The notes under the pieces were generated by a model. The model was not told the origin of the DNA and ran no database searches. It was given only the letters and a program-made list of their open reading frames with translations. From an uncultured Acidobacteriaceae bacterium (GTDB taxonomy: Bacteria > Acidobacteriota > Terriglobia > Terriglobales > Acidobacteriaceae), in assembly GCA_963758485.1 (NCBI GenBank), contig CAVWVM010000005.1, forward strand, positions 121,988 to 185,987: a stretch of 64,000 nt of DNA, in the 5' to 3' direction. This document shows positions 38,034-47,929 of this stretch, piece by piece (positions within the stretch are counted from its first letter, which is position 1; each line of letters begins with the position of its first letter). A program made the position numbers and the translations under genes.

Positions 38034-39439
38034 CGTCCGCTGCTTTTAGTCCCACAATAGCAACACCACAGATTCAGGCCGCTAATTTTCTTAACCTGCT
38101 CATAGTCGACGACGAGCGCTCCATTCGTGAGGCGTGCCGCGAAGTCGCCACCTCTCTCGGCTTCATCGCGCATGTGGCGGACTCCGCCGAGCATGCTTAT
38201 CGCTTATTGCAGACGCAAACCATTGACGCCGTGCTTCTCGACCTGCGATTGCCCGGCGCGGGCGGGCTGGAGGCTCTCCGGCAAATCAGAACTCAGCGGC
38301 CAGAGGCGCTGGTAATCGTGGTCACCGGATACGGTACGGTGCAATCCGCGGTGCAGGCGATGAAGCAAGGTGCCTACGAATACGTAACCAAGCCGTTCAG
38401 CGTCGACGAACTCAAGTTGTTGCTGCAGCGCGTCTCGGACCACCTGAAGCTGAAGACGGAGAACCGAATTCTGCGCGAGAAACTTAAGTCCAAGCAAGGT
38501 TTCGGTGGACTGGTCGGCCGCTCTCCAGAAATGGAGAAGCTCTATCGCATCATCGCCAAAGCCGCCAACAGCACTCATCCGGTACTGATTCTGGGCGAGA
38601 GTGGAACTGGAAAAGAGATGGTTGCGCGCTCCATTCACTACTCCGGGCCATTTCGTGACAAGCCGTTTATCCCGGTCGATTGTGGCTCGCTGGTCCCCAC
38701 ATTAATTGAAAGCGAATTGTTTGGGTATGTGCGGGGTGCGTTTACCGGCGCCAATCAGGCCAAAGACGGGCTTCTCGCCATCGCGGAGGGCGGTACTGTG
38801 TTTCTGGATGAGGTTGGTGAACTCCCCGTGGACCTTCAATCAAAGCTCCTGCGTGCGATTCAGGAAAAGGAAATACGTCCAGTGGGCAGCACGCGCCGCA
38901 TTCCCATCAACGTGCGCATCCTGGCCGCAACCAATCGCGATCTCGAGCAAGCCGTCACCGAAGGGACCTTCCGCCGCGACTTGTATTTCCGTCTGAATGT
39001 TCTCAGCTTGCGCATCCCGGCGCTGCGCGAGAGGCGCGAGGATATCTCCATCCTGATCGACCATTTCATGGAGCGTGCCTCCCGCGCCTCGGGGCAGGAG
39101 AAGATCGTGACCGACGAAGCCCGCAGAGTGATGCTGGCTTATGACTGGCCGGGGAATGTTCGCGAGCTGGAGAACTGCCTGGAACGCACCTGCGCCTTCA
39201 CCAGCGGACCTCTAATCCATGTTCCGGATCTGCCACCAGCCATTGGCAATACGGCGATCGAGTCGCCGGGAAGTGACAATACTCTCAACAAGATTCTTCC
39301 GATGGCTGAAATGGAAAAGCGGAGCATCCTGAACGCAATCGCGGAACTGAATGGAGATAAATTGCAGGCGGCGCGGCTGCTCGGAATCGGCAAGACTACC
39401 CTTTACCGCAAGCTGAAGGACTATGCGCTGCAGGCTTAA
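38030..39439 (+). CDS. NtrC-family sigma54-dependent response regulator
   Basis: REC (LLIVDDE...AVLLDLRLPG), GESGTGKE, GAFTGA, C-terminal HTH. ATGA overlap with the kinase gene. Confidence 0.9.
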   Translation: MTSAAFSPTIATPQIQAANFLNLLIVDDERSIREACREVATSLGFIAHVADSAEHAYRLLQTQTIDAVLLDLRLPGAGGLEALRQIRTQRPEALVIVVTGYGTVQSAVQAMKQGAYEYVTKPFSVDELKLLLQRVSDHLKLKTENRILREKLKSKQGFGGLVGRSPEMEKLYRIIAKAANSTHPVLILGESGTGKEMVARSIHYSGPFRDKPFIPVDCGSLVPTLIESELFGYVRGAFTGANQAKDGLLAIAEGGTVFLDEVGELPVDLQSKLLRAIQEKEIRPVGSTRRIPINVRILAATNRDLEQAVTEGTFRRDLYFRLNVLSLRIPALRERREDISILIDHFMERASRASGQEKIVTDEARRVMLAYDWPGNVRELENCLERTCAFTSGPLIHVPDLPPAIGNTAIESPGSDNTLNKILPMAEMEKRSILNAIAELNGDKLQAARLLGIGKTTLYRKLKDYALQA

Positions 39440-39557
39440 AGTTTTTCATTTCGGGCTGCGAGTCGATCCGCAATGGGAGCCGTAATCTGCAGTAACTGCG
39501 TAAACCTCCTGTTTTCATGGCTCGTGTGCATGGCTGCCAGCGTGCAAAGTAATTGGT

Positions 39558-40043
39558 ATGATCTTACTCATAACACCATCTGCACGCGGTCCAGAGTGCG
39601 CTTCCACGTTAACGGAGTCTACTGGCAAGAAGACGTACTGGGCCGAGAATCTACGTCTAGGCGTTGCCCGTCTGCGCGAGCAAGCCTACTCAGCCGTGGT
39701 GATCGATCAGTTCCTGCTGGAAAACGAGCCCGCGGAAAGTGATCAGCTTATCGAGCACCTGGGCGCAGCCTTTCCCGTCTACCTGAACTTCGCGGTCTCT
39801 GGCATGGAGCGTCTGGTGCGTGAAGTCCGCTCCGCATTGCACCGGCGCAAGCGCGAAGAGACTCAGGCTCGCTTATCAGTGGAGCAACAGTTTCGCAGCG
39901 AAATCGGCGAAAGTCTCACGTCAATGCTGCTTTCCTGCGAGTTAGCCATGTCCGTGCCAGGTGTTCCCGGACCGGTTGTGGAGAAGATTCGCGTGGTCGA
40001 TAACCTTGCGCGGGAAATGCGGACCAAGCTGGGAGCAGGCTGA
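39558..40043 (+). CDS. Receiver-like domain protein with helical C-terminal region
   Basis: MILLITP...AVVIDQFLL...VYLNFAV resembles a degenerate REC. The C-terminus is helical. Weak call. Confidence 0.4.
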   Translation: MILLITPSARGPECASTLTESTGKKTYWAENLRLGVARLREQAYSAVVIDQFLLENEPAESDQLIEHLGAAFPVYLNFAVSGMERLVREVRSALHRRKREETQARLSVEQQFRSEIGESLTSMLLSCELAMSVPGVPGPVVEKIRVVDNLAREMRTKLGAG

Positions 40044-40215
40044 TGCAGTCTTCGGCGAGGGCCGTCCATGCATAAACTGCGGGTTTTAGTCTTCCTCTAC
40101 GCGCGGGGTGCTTAAAAACATTTTCTCGGCGGACGCGTTTCCGCACTAGAATAAGTAGGCGAAGCATGGGGAAGCGCTCGTATAGCCGCATTTCACATAC
40201 TTTGGGAGGAGCCGT

Positions 40216-41334
40216 TTGCACGTACTGGTCACAGCCGATACGATGTCCGGCTCCTGGACGTACACTCGCGAACTGGTCACGGGACTGGTTACTCGGGGAG
40301 TACGCGTCACGCTAGTCACCTTCGGCGAGATCCCTTTACCGGACCAGACCGTCTGGATGGACCACCTGCACGGCCTCGAGTATCAACCCACAGCATTTCG
40401 GTTGGAGTGGATGGACGAGGCTCCACAAGACCTCCCTGAATCCAGGGAATTTCTGGTCAATCTGGTGAACGAGCTTCAGCCTGACGTGCTGCACCTCCAT
40501 CAGTATTGCCACGGCGATCTTCCGGTGGACGTTCCCCGCGTTGTCATGGCGCATGGCGATCTGATCAGTTGGGCCCAGGCGGTGGAAGGTTGTACTCCGC
40601 GTCCGAGCCGGTGGCTGAAGTGGTATCGCGATACGGTCATGCGCGGCATTGCAGCCGCTGACGCTGTGGTCGCTCCTACATCCTGGATGCTGGAGACCCT
40701 CCGGTCGACGTACACGTCTCCACGCCGTGAGGCTGTGATCTATCCCGGCCGTAACCCGATTTTCTTTAATCCATACATCAGCAAAGACGATTCCGTCCTT
40801 TCCGTGGGGCGCCTGGTGGATGCGGGGAAGCAAGTGTTCCTCCTGACGCAGCACGCGCATCGGTTTCCAATATGCATTGTCGGCGCGGAACAAACCGTGC
40901 CCGTTGCCCGCATTCCGATTCGAGCGGACGTAAAGGTTTCCACCGAGCACGCATCCCTCGCGATACGTGGACCTCAGACAGAGGCACAACTGCGGGCGCT
41001 CTACAGCCGCGCGGCGGTTTATGCGGCTACTCCTCGCTACGAGCCGCTGGGCATGGCTGCGCTGGATGGCGCTTTTTCGCGGTGCGCAATCGTCGCCAAT
41101 GACATACCCAGTTTTCGAGAAATCTGGGGTGACGCGGCACTCTACTTCCGCACCAATGACGGCGGCAGCCTGTCTGGCATCCTGCGGCAGCTCGATGCCG
41201 ACCGGCCTTTGAGACATGCTTACGCCGACCGCGCCTTTGCTCGCGCTCGCGAGCGCTTCACCGCTCAACGCATGATCGACCGCTACCTGGAACTTTACCG
41301 AAGCCTATCTAGTTCTGGATCGCTGGCCGCCTGA
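40216..41334 (+). CDS. Glycosyltransferase, GT4-like (GT-B fold)
   Basis: N-terminal VLVTADTMSGSWTYTRELV..L..RG..V and C-terminal YEPLGMAALDGAFSRCAIVANDIPSFREI (E-x7-E-like region). TTG start. Confidence 0.7.
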   Translation: MHVLVTADTMSGSWTYTRELVTGLVTRGVRVTLVTFGEIPLPDQTVWMDHLHGLEYQPTAFRLEWMDEAPQDLPESREFLVNLVNELQPDVLHLHQYCHGDLPVDVPRVVMAHGDLISWAQAVEGCTPRPSRWLKWYRDTVMRGIAAADAVVAPTSWMLETLRSTYTSPRREAVIYPGRNPIFFNPYISKDDSVLSVGRLVDAGKQVFLLTQHAHRFPICIVGAEQTVPVARIPIRADVKVSTEHASLAIRGPQTEAQLRALYSRAAVYAATPRYEPLGMAALDGAFSRCAIVANDIPSFREIWGDAALYFRTNDGGSLSGILRQLDADRPLRHAYADRAFARARERFTAQRMIDRYLELYRSLSSSGSLAA

Positions 41335-41417
41335 CGCGTTTTCCTGTCAACCAGCTCTACCACCGGCGCATCCAACGCAGCTAACCATTCTGAAAAGAGA
41401 TCGCCATCAGGTAAAGC

Positions 41418-42419
41418 ATGCCTCAAACTTCCAGCGGATCCATTCCTTTAAGAAAATTCGGTCGCGCCGATGCGAAGATCTCCATCCTCGGCTTCGGTGG
41501 ACACCACCTCGGAGAAGCGCCCGACGAAAAAACTGCGGTAGAGATCGTTCATGAGGCGGTGGACGGCGGCATTACCTTCTACGACAACTGCTGGGAGTAT
41601 CGCCGGGGCAAGACCGAGGTCTGGATGGGCGCCGGCCTCAAGGGTCGCCGCGACAAAGTCTTCCTGATGACCAAAACCTGTCCGCATGGCCGGGACGGCA
41701 GTCTCGCTCTGTTGATGCTGGAAGAATCATTGCGTCGTTTGCAGACCGATCATCTGGACCTGTGGCAGGTGCACGGCATGGCCTTCGACAATGACGCCGA
41801 GCTTTTTATTCGCAAGGGGGGCGCCGCCGAAGCTCTAGAGAAGGCGAAGAAAGATGGCAAGGTTCGGTTCGTTGGATTCACCGGCCATCAAAATCCGAAA
41901 GTACATTTGGCTATGTTGAACACCGGCTTTCCCTTTGATTCCGTGCAGATGCCGCTTAACCCGTTCGACGCCAACTTCCGCAGCTTTGAAAAACAAGTGC
42001 TGCCGGAGTTGGTCAAGCGCGGCATCGCTGTTCTCGGAATGAAGCCCCTGAGTGGCCATGGAGACGCCATCAAGCACGGCGTCATTACCGCAGAAGAGTC
42101 TTTGCGGTATGCGATGAGCCTGCCGGGAGTGACTACCACAATCACCGGCATGGATAGCCTGGATGTGCTCCACCAGAACCTGCAGATCGCGCAAAATTTC
42201 ACGCCGATGACAGAAGCGGAGATGCAGCAGTTGCGCGATCGCTGCAAGCAGGAGGCGGCCGATGGGCGCTTCGAGCTTTATAAGTTGTCGCTGAAGTTCG
42301 ATAACCCGGAAGCCCGCCTGGCGCACGGATTCCCCCTCGATACGCAACAGTCCGAGGTTCAGGACATGTTGGGAGCGACGATGAACACAGGGCATCCATT
42401 TCCCGAAAGAAAATTTTAG
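41418..42419 (+). CDS. Aldo/keto reductase (cytoplasmic paralogue)
   Basis: LGFGGHHLG, FYDNCWEY..G.TE, LRRLQTDHLDLWQVH, VRFVGFTGH. Confidence 0.85.
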   Translation: MPQTSSGSIPLRKFGRADAKISILGFGGHHLGEAPDEKTAVEIVHEAVDGGITFYDNCWEYRRGKTEVWMGAGLKGRRDKVFLMTKTCPHGRDGSLALLMLEESLRRLQTDHLDLWQVHGMAFDNDAELFIRKGGAAEALEKAKKDGKVRFVGFTGHQNPKVHLAMLNTGFPFDSVQMPLNPFDANFRSFEKQVLPELVKRGIAVLGMKPLSGHGDAIKHGVITAEESLRYAMSLPGVTTTITGMDSLDVLHQNLQIAQNFTPMTEAEMQQLRDRCKQEAADGRFELYKLSLKFDNPEARLAHGFPLDTQQSEVQDMLGATMNTGHPFPERKF

Positions 42420-42444
42420 CGACCGTAGCGTCCAGGAGAATAAC

Positions 42445-43491
42445 GTGGCGTCGAAGCAAGAGATCAATCGGCGTAGTTTCATCAAAGGGGCAGCCGTGCT
42501 GGGCGCGGTCCCGCTTATTCGTGGAGGTAGCATGGCGCAGCAATCCGATCCATCACAACAAGTTCCTGCAGGAGAAGTGCCCAAGAAGCCGCTGGGACGG
42601 ACCGGCGTGCAGGTTTCCGCCATGGGACTGGGTGGATATCACATCGGCTCCGCCGAAACCGATCAGGCGGCAATGGAGATTGTTGCCAAGGCTTTCGACC
42701 ACGGGGTGCGCTTCTTCGATAACGCCTGGGAATATCACGATGGGCTGAGCGAAGAGCGGATCGGCAAGGCTCTGAAAGGGAAGCGCGATCAAGCTTTCGT
42801 CATGACGAAGGTGTGCACTCATGGGCGCGATAAGAAAATCGCGATGCGCATGCTGGAAGAGTCTCTTCGGCGTTTGCAAACCGATCATCTTGATCTTTGG
42901 CAGATCCACGAAGTGGTGTACGACAACGATCCCGACCTGATCTTTGCCCCCGACGGAGTTGCGGAAGCGCTGCAAGCCGCCAAGCAACAAGGGAAGGTCC
43001 GCTTCATCGGATTCACCGGGCACAAGGATCCCGAGATTCATCTCAAGATGTTGTCTCACGATTTTCCCTTCGACACCGTGCAGATGCCGCTGAATTGTTG
43101 CGATGCGACCTTTCGCAGTTTTGAGACCCACGTCCTTCCGGAGGCGACGCGACGGGGTATCGCCGCGCTCGGCATGAAGAGCCTGGGAGGCAGCGGAGAA
43201 TTGGTCCGCCATGGCGCCGTGACCGCGGAGCAGGGTCTGCGATATGCCATGAGCTTGCCGGTGGCCACTACGATTAGTGGCGTAGATACGATGCAGGTCC
43301 TCGAGCAGAATCTGAAAGTTGCGGTGAACTTTCAACCGCTCGCCGCTGCGGAGATGCAGTCCTTGCGCGACCAGTGCCGCTTCCTGGCCTCCGATGGCCG
43401 CCTCGAACTATTCAAGATGACGACGAAATACGACGGCAAAGTCGGGCGCGAGCAACACCACTTCCCAACCACACAAGAACTGCCCATATAG
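42445..43491 (+). CDS. Aldo/keto reductase with twin-arginine signal (exported paralogue)
   Basis: N-terminal RRSFIKGAAVLGAVPLI Tat motif. The rest is collinear with the upstream AKR (LRRLQTDHLDLWQIH, VRFIGFTGH). GTG start. Confidence 0.8.
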   Translation: MASKQEINRRSFIKGAAVLGAVPLIRGGSMAQQSDPSQQVPAGEVPKKPLGRTGVQVSAMGLGGYHIGSAETDQAAMEIVAKAFDHGVRFFDNAWEYHDGLSEERIGKALKGKRDQAFVMTKVCTHGRDKKIAMRMLEESLRRLQTDHLDLWQIHEVVYDNDPDLIFAPDGVAEALQAAKQQGKVRFIGFTGHKDPEIHLKMLSHDFPFDTVQMPLNCCDATFRSFETHVLPEATRRGIAALGMKSLGGSGELVRHGAVTAEQGLRYAMSLPVATTISGVDTMQVLEQNLKVAVNFQPLAAAEMQSLRDQCRFLASDGRLELFKMTTKYDGKVGREQHHFPTTQELPI

Positions 43492-43621
43492 CGCGATTCG
43501 CGCAGATCGACTAATATCTCGGCTACCCTGCATTCGCAAGGATGTGGGGAATGGCCAGGTTCTTGTCGTCCCTCCTTTGTGTCCGCGACGATAGATGTAA
43601 TCCAAAACGGAGAGACAAGTC

Positions 43622-44284
43622 GTGTGCTTCTCGGCAACAGCGAATTTTGTTGGCAGCGGAGTTCTGGGTGCCATCGGCGTGGTCACATTGACCAAAGTCA
43701 AGCACCGGCGGGAATTACTCTTCGCGTCACTGCCTCTATTATTTGCGATTCATCAATTCATCGAGGGATTCGTCTGGCTGGGATTGGATGGCATTCTCTC
43801 GCCCATTGTGGCGCACGACATGGGCGCGGCTTTCATGCTTTATGCGCAAGGGCTATTGCCGTTCTTGCTGCCACTCAGTGTGCTGCTGTTTGAGCCTGAC
43901 GCGAAAAGCCGCAGGCGCATGCTGCCGTTCCTGGTGCTCGGCGGTGCGACGACCTTGTATATTTTGTGGGCGCTCACGGCCTACCCGTTACAGCTGTACA
44001 TCAGGGGAAACAGTATTGTGTACATCAATCAGGCGACGAACAATACGGCAGTCGCGTTGCTCTATGTGATTGCAACGTGCGGCTCACTGTTCTGTTCAAA
44101 AATCAGAATGATGGTAATTTTTGGAGCGGCAAACCTGATCATTCTCCTGATCGTAATGGAGTACAAAAGGTACGCCTTCACCTCTCTGTGGTGTGCGTAC
44201 GCGGCCGTGGCAAGCGCCATTATCCTCGCCTATTTCTGGACAAGCCGCGAAGAACGGCCGTTCCGCTACGCGCACACAACTTGA
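43622..44284 (+). CDS. Integral membrane protein (DUF6629-like, from memory)
   Basis: MCFSATANFVGSGVLGAIG... and six or so hydrophobic segments. GTG start. Confidence 0.55.
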   Translation: MCFSATANFVGSGVLGAIGVVTLTKVKHRRELLFASLPLLFAIHQFIEGFVWLGLDGILSPIVAHDMGAAFMLYAQGLLPFLLPLSVLLFEPDAKSRRRMLPFLVLGGATTLYILWALTAYPLQLYIRGNSIVYINQATNNTAVALLYVIATCGSLFCSKIRMMVIFGAANLIILLIVMEYKRYAFTSLWCAYAAVASAIILAYFWTSREERPFRYAHTT

Positions 44285-44404
44285 ACACGGTTGAGCTGGA
44301 GCTAGCGATTGCGTGATCGCGAAAGCGAGCGCGACACGTCCCCCTGGTTAGTGATATCTTTTTATCCTTACTGGAAACCCGTAAGGTTGGAGAAATGGAG
44401 ACTC

Positions 44405-44641
44405 ATGGCTCAAGTTAAGATCACAGTCCGTCCGAATGGCCCGTTTCGCGTGGAAGCTCCCGAAGGGTCGGTAGAATTGGTTGACGCGAACGGCACGCCG
44501 TACGACCTCACCGGCAAGCCCGCCTTTTCGCTGTGTCGCTGTGGAGGATCGATCAACAAGCCTTTTTGCGACGGAACGCACAGCAAGATTGGTTTCCAGG
44601 GTGCTGAACTGGCAGTGAAGAAAGCCGAAGGCCAGACTTAG
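44405..44641 (+). CDS. CDGSH iron-sulfur domain protein
   Basis: CRCGGSINKPFCDGTHSK matches C-x-C-x2-S-x3-P-x-C-D-G-x-H. SD GGAGAAATGGAGA. Confidence 0.85.
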   Translation: MAQVKITVRPNGPFRVEAPEGSVELVDANGTPYDLTGKPAFSLCRCGGSINKPFCDGTHSKIGFQGAELAVKKAEGQT

Positions 44642-44665
44642 AAACCAGCAACGCCCGGGGCCCCG

Positions 44666-46618
44666 ATGAGCAAACATAACGACCGCGAACTGGGAATGCA
44701 GCGAAGGATCACGCGCCGCGATTTTCTGAACGGCGTGGCACTAACCGCGGGAGCCGCCATGATGCCGTGGCAGCTCATCGGAGCGGCGGGTTTCGATCCC
44801 GAAAAGTCGCCAAATTACGATCCGCCGGCGTTGACTGGACTTCGCGGAAGTCATCCCGGGTCCTTCGATGCGGCGCACTCGTTGCGTGACGGCACTTTCT
44901 GGGAGTCGGTGGGAACTCCGCAGGATACGGGCGAGTCTTACGACCTGATCGTCGTTGGTGGCGGCATCAGCGGGCTCGCGGCGGCACACTTCTACCGTAA
45001 ATCGGCTGGCGCTAACGCGCGCATTCTCATCCTCGACAATCACGACGACTTCGGTGGGCACGCGAAGCGCAACGAATTCCGCATAGGCAATGCTTTTCGG
45101 CTCGGCTTCGGTGGCACCTATTCGATCGAAAGCCCCGCACCTTACAGCAAGGAAGCGCGCGGGCTCATCGAGGAATTGGGCATCGATGTCGCCTCCTATC
45201 CGAAGTACCACGATGCGAATCTCTATCACGGTTTGGGCCTGCGTTCGAGAGTGTTTTTTGATAAAGAAACGTTTGGCGAAGACCGCCTGGTAATCAGCCC
45301 TGGAACGTTCAGCGGTGGCGAGAAGGATTATGTCGATGCCAATATGCGGGATGCGTGGAAGGAATTTCTCGCCCATGCTCCGATTGCGCCACAAGCGAAG
45401 TCAGATTTCGAGCGTTTAATTCGCGACGATCAGGATTATTTTCCCGGCCTTACTTCTACCGAGAAGAAAGCCAAGCTGGCGCGTATCAGCTACGCGAATT
45501 TTCTCAGAGACGTTGTGAAGGTTCACGAAGATGTGGTGAAAGTGTTTCAGGCAGTGCCGCAGCCGTTGTTTGGACTTGGAATCGATGCGGTATCGGCGCA
45601 GGATGCCTGGGGCTTTGACATGCCCGGATTTGCAGCGATGAAGCTCGATCCCGCGCCCGGCAAGGGAATGAATCGGGACGCGATTCCTAATGAAGAGGCA
45701 GAAAATTACTTCTTTCACTTTCCTGACGGCAATGCCAGTATTGCGCGGTTGTTGGTGCGTAAACTGATTCCCGACGCGATGCCGGGGAAGTCCGCAGCAG
45801 ACGTGGTTCTGGCTCGTGCAAAGTATGCCAATCTGGACTCGCCGTCGTCGCCCGTAAAGATTCGCCTCAACAGCACTGCCGTGCGTGTGAAAAACGTGGG
45901 CGATGTTGCTTCTTCAAAAGAGGTCGAAGTGGCTTACTCTCGCGGCGGCAAAGTGTATACCACCCGGGCCAAGGACTGCATTCTCGCTTGTTGGCACGTG
46001 GTCATTCCTTACATCTGTGAAGAGTTGCCGCAGAAGCAGCGCGAGGCATTGGCCTCCGCGCAGAAAGTTCCGCTACTGTATACGAACGTTGCGCTGCGCA
46101 ATTGGACGTCGTTTCAAAAATTAAGTACGAATGCGGTATACGCTCCGGGCTGCTATCACACGCGCGTGGCGCTGGATTTAGCGGTGAGCATTGGTGGGTA
46201 CGAATGCGCGCGAAAGCCGGAGGAGCCCATCGTAGTGCACATGATGAGAACTCCGGGGCAACCGGGACGTCCTTCGCGCGAGCAGCACACGCTGGGCCGG
46301 ATCGAATTATTTAACACGACTTTCGAAACCATGGAACGCGAGATTCGCGACCAACTGGCGCGGACGCTGGGTGGTGGAGGTTTCGATCCCGCGCGCGATA
46401 TCGCCGCCATCACCGTAAACCGGTGGCCGCATGGTTATGCCTACGAATACAACTCGCTGTGGGACGCCTTTTGGCTGGAAGGCGGGGAGACGCCATGCGA
46501 AGTGGCGCGCAAACCGCACGGCCGAATCGCCATCGCGAATGCGGATGCCGGCGCTTACGCGTATACAGATGAAGCTATCAATCAGGCTTGGCGAGCGGTA
46601 AGGGAGTTGAAGGGCTAA
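44666..46618 (+). CDS. Tat-exported FAD/NAD(P)-binding oxidoreductase (spermidine dehydrogenase SpdH-like, from memory)
   Basis: RRITRRDFLNGVALTAGAA Tat motif. Dinucleotide fold YDLIVVGGGISGLAAA. ILDNHDDFGGHAKRNEF. Confidence 0.65.
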   Translation: MSKHNDRELGMQRRITRRDFLNGVALTAGAAMMPWQLIGAAGFDPEKSPNYDPPALTGLRGSHPGSFDAAHSLRDGTFWESVGTPQDTGESYDLIVVGGGISGLAAAHFYRKSAGANARILILDNHDDFGGHAKRNEFRIGNAFRLGFGGTYSIESPAPYSKEARGLIEELGIDVASYPKYHDANLYHGLGLRSRVFFDKETFGEDRLVISPGTFSGGEKDYVDANMRDAWKEFLAHAPIAPQAKSDFERLIRDDQDYFPGLTSTEKKAKLARISYANFLRDVVKVHEDVVKVFQAVPQPLFGLGIDAVSAQDAWGFDMPGFAAMKLDPAPGKGMNRDAIPNEEAENYFFHFPDGNASIARLLVRKLIPDAMPGKSAADVVLARAKYANLDSPSSPVKIRLNSTAVRVKNVGDVASSKEVEVAYSRGGKVYTTRAKDCILACWHVVIPYICEELPQKQREALASAQKVPLLYTNVALRNWTSFQKLSTNAVYAPGCYHTRVALDLAVSIGGYECARKPEEPIVVHMMRTPGQPGRPSREQHTLGRIELFNTTFETMEREIRDQLARTLGGGGFDPARDIAAITVNRWPHGYAYEYNSLWDAFWLEGGETPCEVARKPHGRIAIANADAGAYAYTDEAINQAWRAVRELKG

Positions 46619-47565
46619 CACCGAATAGTTCGAGACTCATCAATATATTTAATGGGCTCAGAGAGCAGGCTGGAGGTACGGTTAAAAGGCGATCGTCCGA
46701 AGCGCAGAGGGAGTTCATGATAGTGGGCTATTTCTGCCGCGCAACCCACTAGAGCTAGAGCGACGGCGAGAAAGATCGCAACGCGGCGGGACGCGTGCTC
46801 CTGCCGCGGAGCCATGAGGGCCACCAGAGCACCCACAATCAACCCAGTGATGAGGCCGCCAATGTGAGCAGCATTGTCGATGCCGGGCAGTGCGAATCCG
46901 AAAATTAGATTGTAGACGACAAACGCCCCAAGGCTGCGCATCGTGCCGGAGAGCGCCTCGCGCGGGACGGAAAACTCTCCTAACTTTAAAGCCGCGAGCA
47001 GCGCCCCAGCGAGTCCAAAGATGGCTCCCGAGGCGCCCACGCTCGGCACATAAAGATGCCACCCGGCGCTGGCCAAACTAGCTCCCACGCCGCAGATGAG
47101 GTAAATGGCGCCGTAAGTCCAACCTCCATACAGCGCCTCACAGAGTTGTCCCAGATTCCACAAGCACCACATATTGAATGCAATGTGGATCAGTCCGCCA
47201 TGCACGAAGATGTTGGTCAGCAGCCGCCACCATTCTCCCGAGATCGTAAGCGCGCCCACATTGGCGCCCCACTGGCCGATTTGTGGACCGAAATCCATGA
47301 TGCTCGATCCCTCAGGCGCTTTGCCTAGAGCTATTTGAACGCCCATGGCTATGAAGACAGCGACATTGATGCCAAAAATAATCTGTGTGAGGCCTATGCT
47401 GGACTCGCCACGGCGCGCCGCCCAAGGCGTGCGCATCACCGGTTGGCGCGCGCCTTCCACGACTTCACCGCGCTGGTAGGCTTCATGTTGCACACACCAC
47501 TGGCATATCTTCTTGCCGAAAGAGAAGCCGGGAAGTTGTCGTCCACATCGAATGCAGTTTGCCAT
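46615..47565 (-). CDS. Rhomboid-family intramembrane serine protease with N-terminal zinc-ribbon
   Basis: CIRCG...CQWC ribbon. Rhomboid blocks WRLLTNIFVHGGLIHIAFNM, GASGAIFG (catalytic Ser) and NAAHIGG (His). Confidence 0.85.
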   Translation of the reverse strand: MANCIRCGRQLPGFSFGKKICQWCVQHEAYQRGEVVEGARQPVMRTPWAARRGESSIGLTQIIFGINVAVFIAMGVQIALGKAPEGSSIMDFGPQIGQWGANVGALTISGEWWRLLTNIFVHGGLIHIAFNMWCLWNLGQLCEALYGGWTYGAIYLICGVGASLASAGWHLYVPSVGASGAIFGLAGALLAALKLGEFSVPREALSGTMRSLGAFVVYNLIFGFALPGIDNAAHIGGLITGLIVGALVALMAPRQEHASRRVAIFLAVALALVGCAAEIAHYHELPLRFGRSPFNRTSSLLSEPIKYIDESRTIRC

Positions 47566-47929
47566 GCGTCACTAAAAGCGTATCAGAGAGAAGGTGAACG
47601 TGGAGACAAACCGCCCTTACGGCATTGAATACCCGCAGGAAATGCAAGAAAAAACCTTACCCCACCAAGGCCATTCCTTGTTGCTTAGAAATTTCATAGG
47701 CTAGTTTCGAATCAGCGCTGGGGGAGTGCTGATCAACAAACGCCTCACGGCTCGGCAGAGCATTGAGGCGTTTCGTTTTGCAAGGATGGTTGAAAGAGTT
47801 CAAGAATTCTCGAATTGGCTGCGGCGCTGCATGGCTCCGATGGGGCATTACCGTGTGTTACTAACAGGTATTACGGTCATTACTTACTTGCGATTGTGGG
47901 GTTGCAGGCCCGAGGGTAGTCTTTGGTAC

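Noticed and set aside
39531-39546. TGGCTG-N5-GTGCA, a sigma54-like element upstream of the 39558 gene
   Set aside because: The spacing is right, but the -24 box is weak. The -12 box ends only 12 nt before the ATG, which would require a leaderless transcript.
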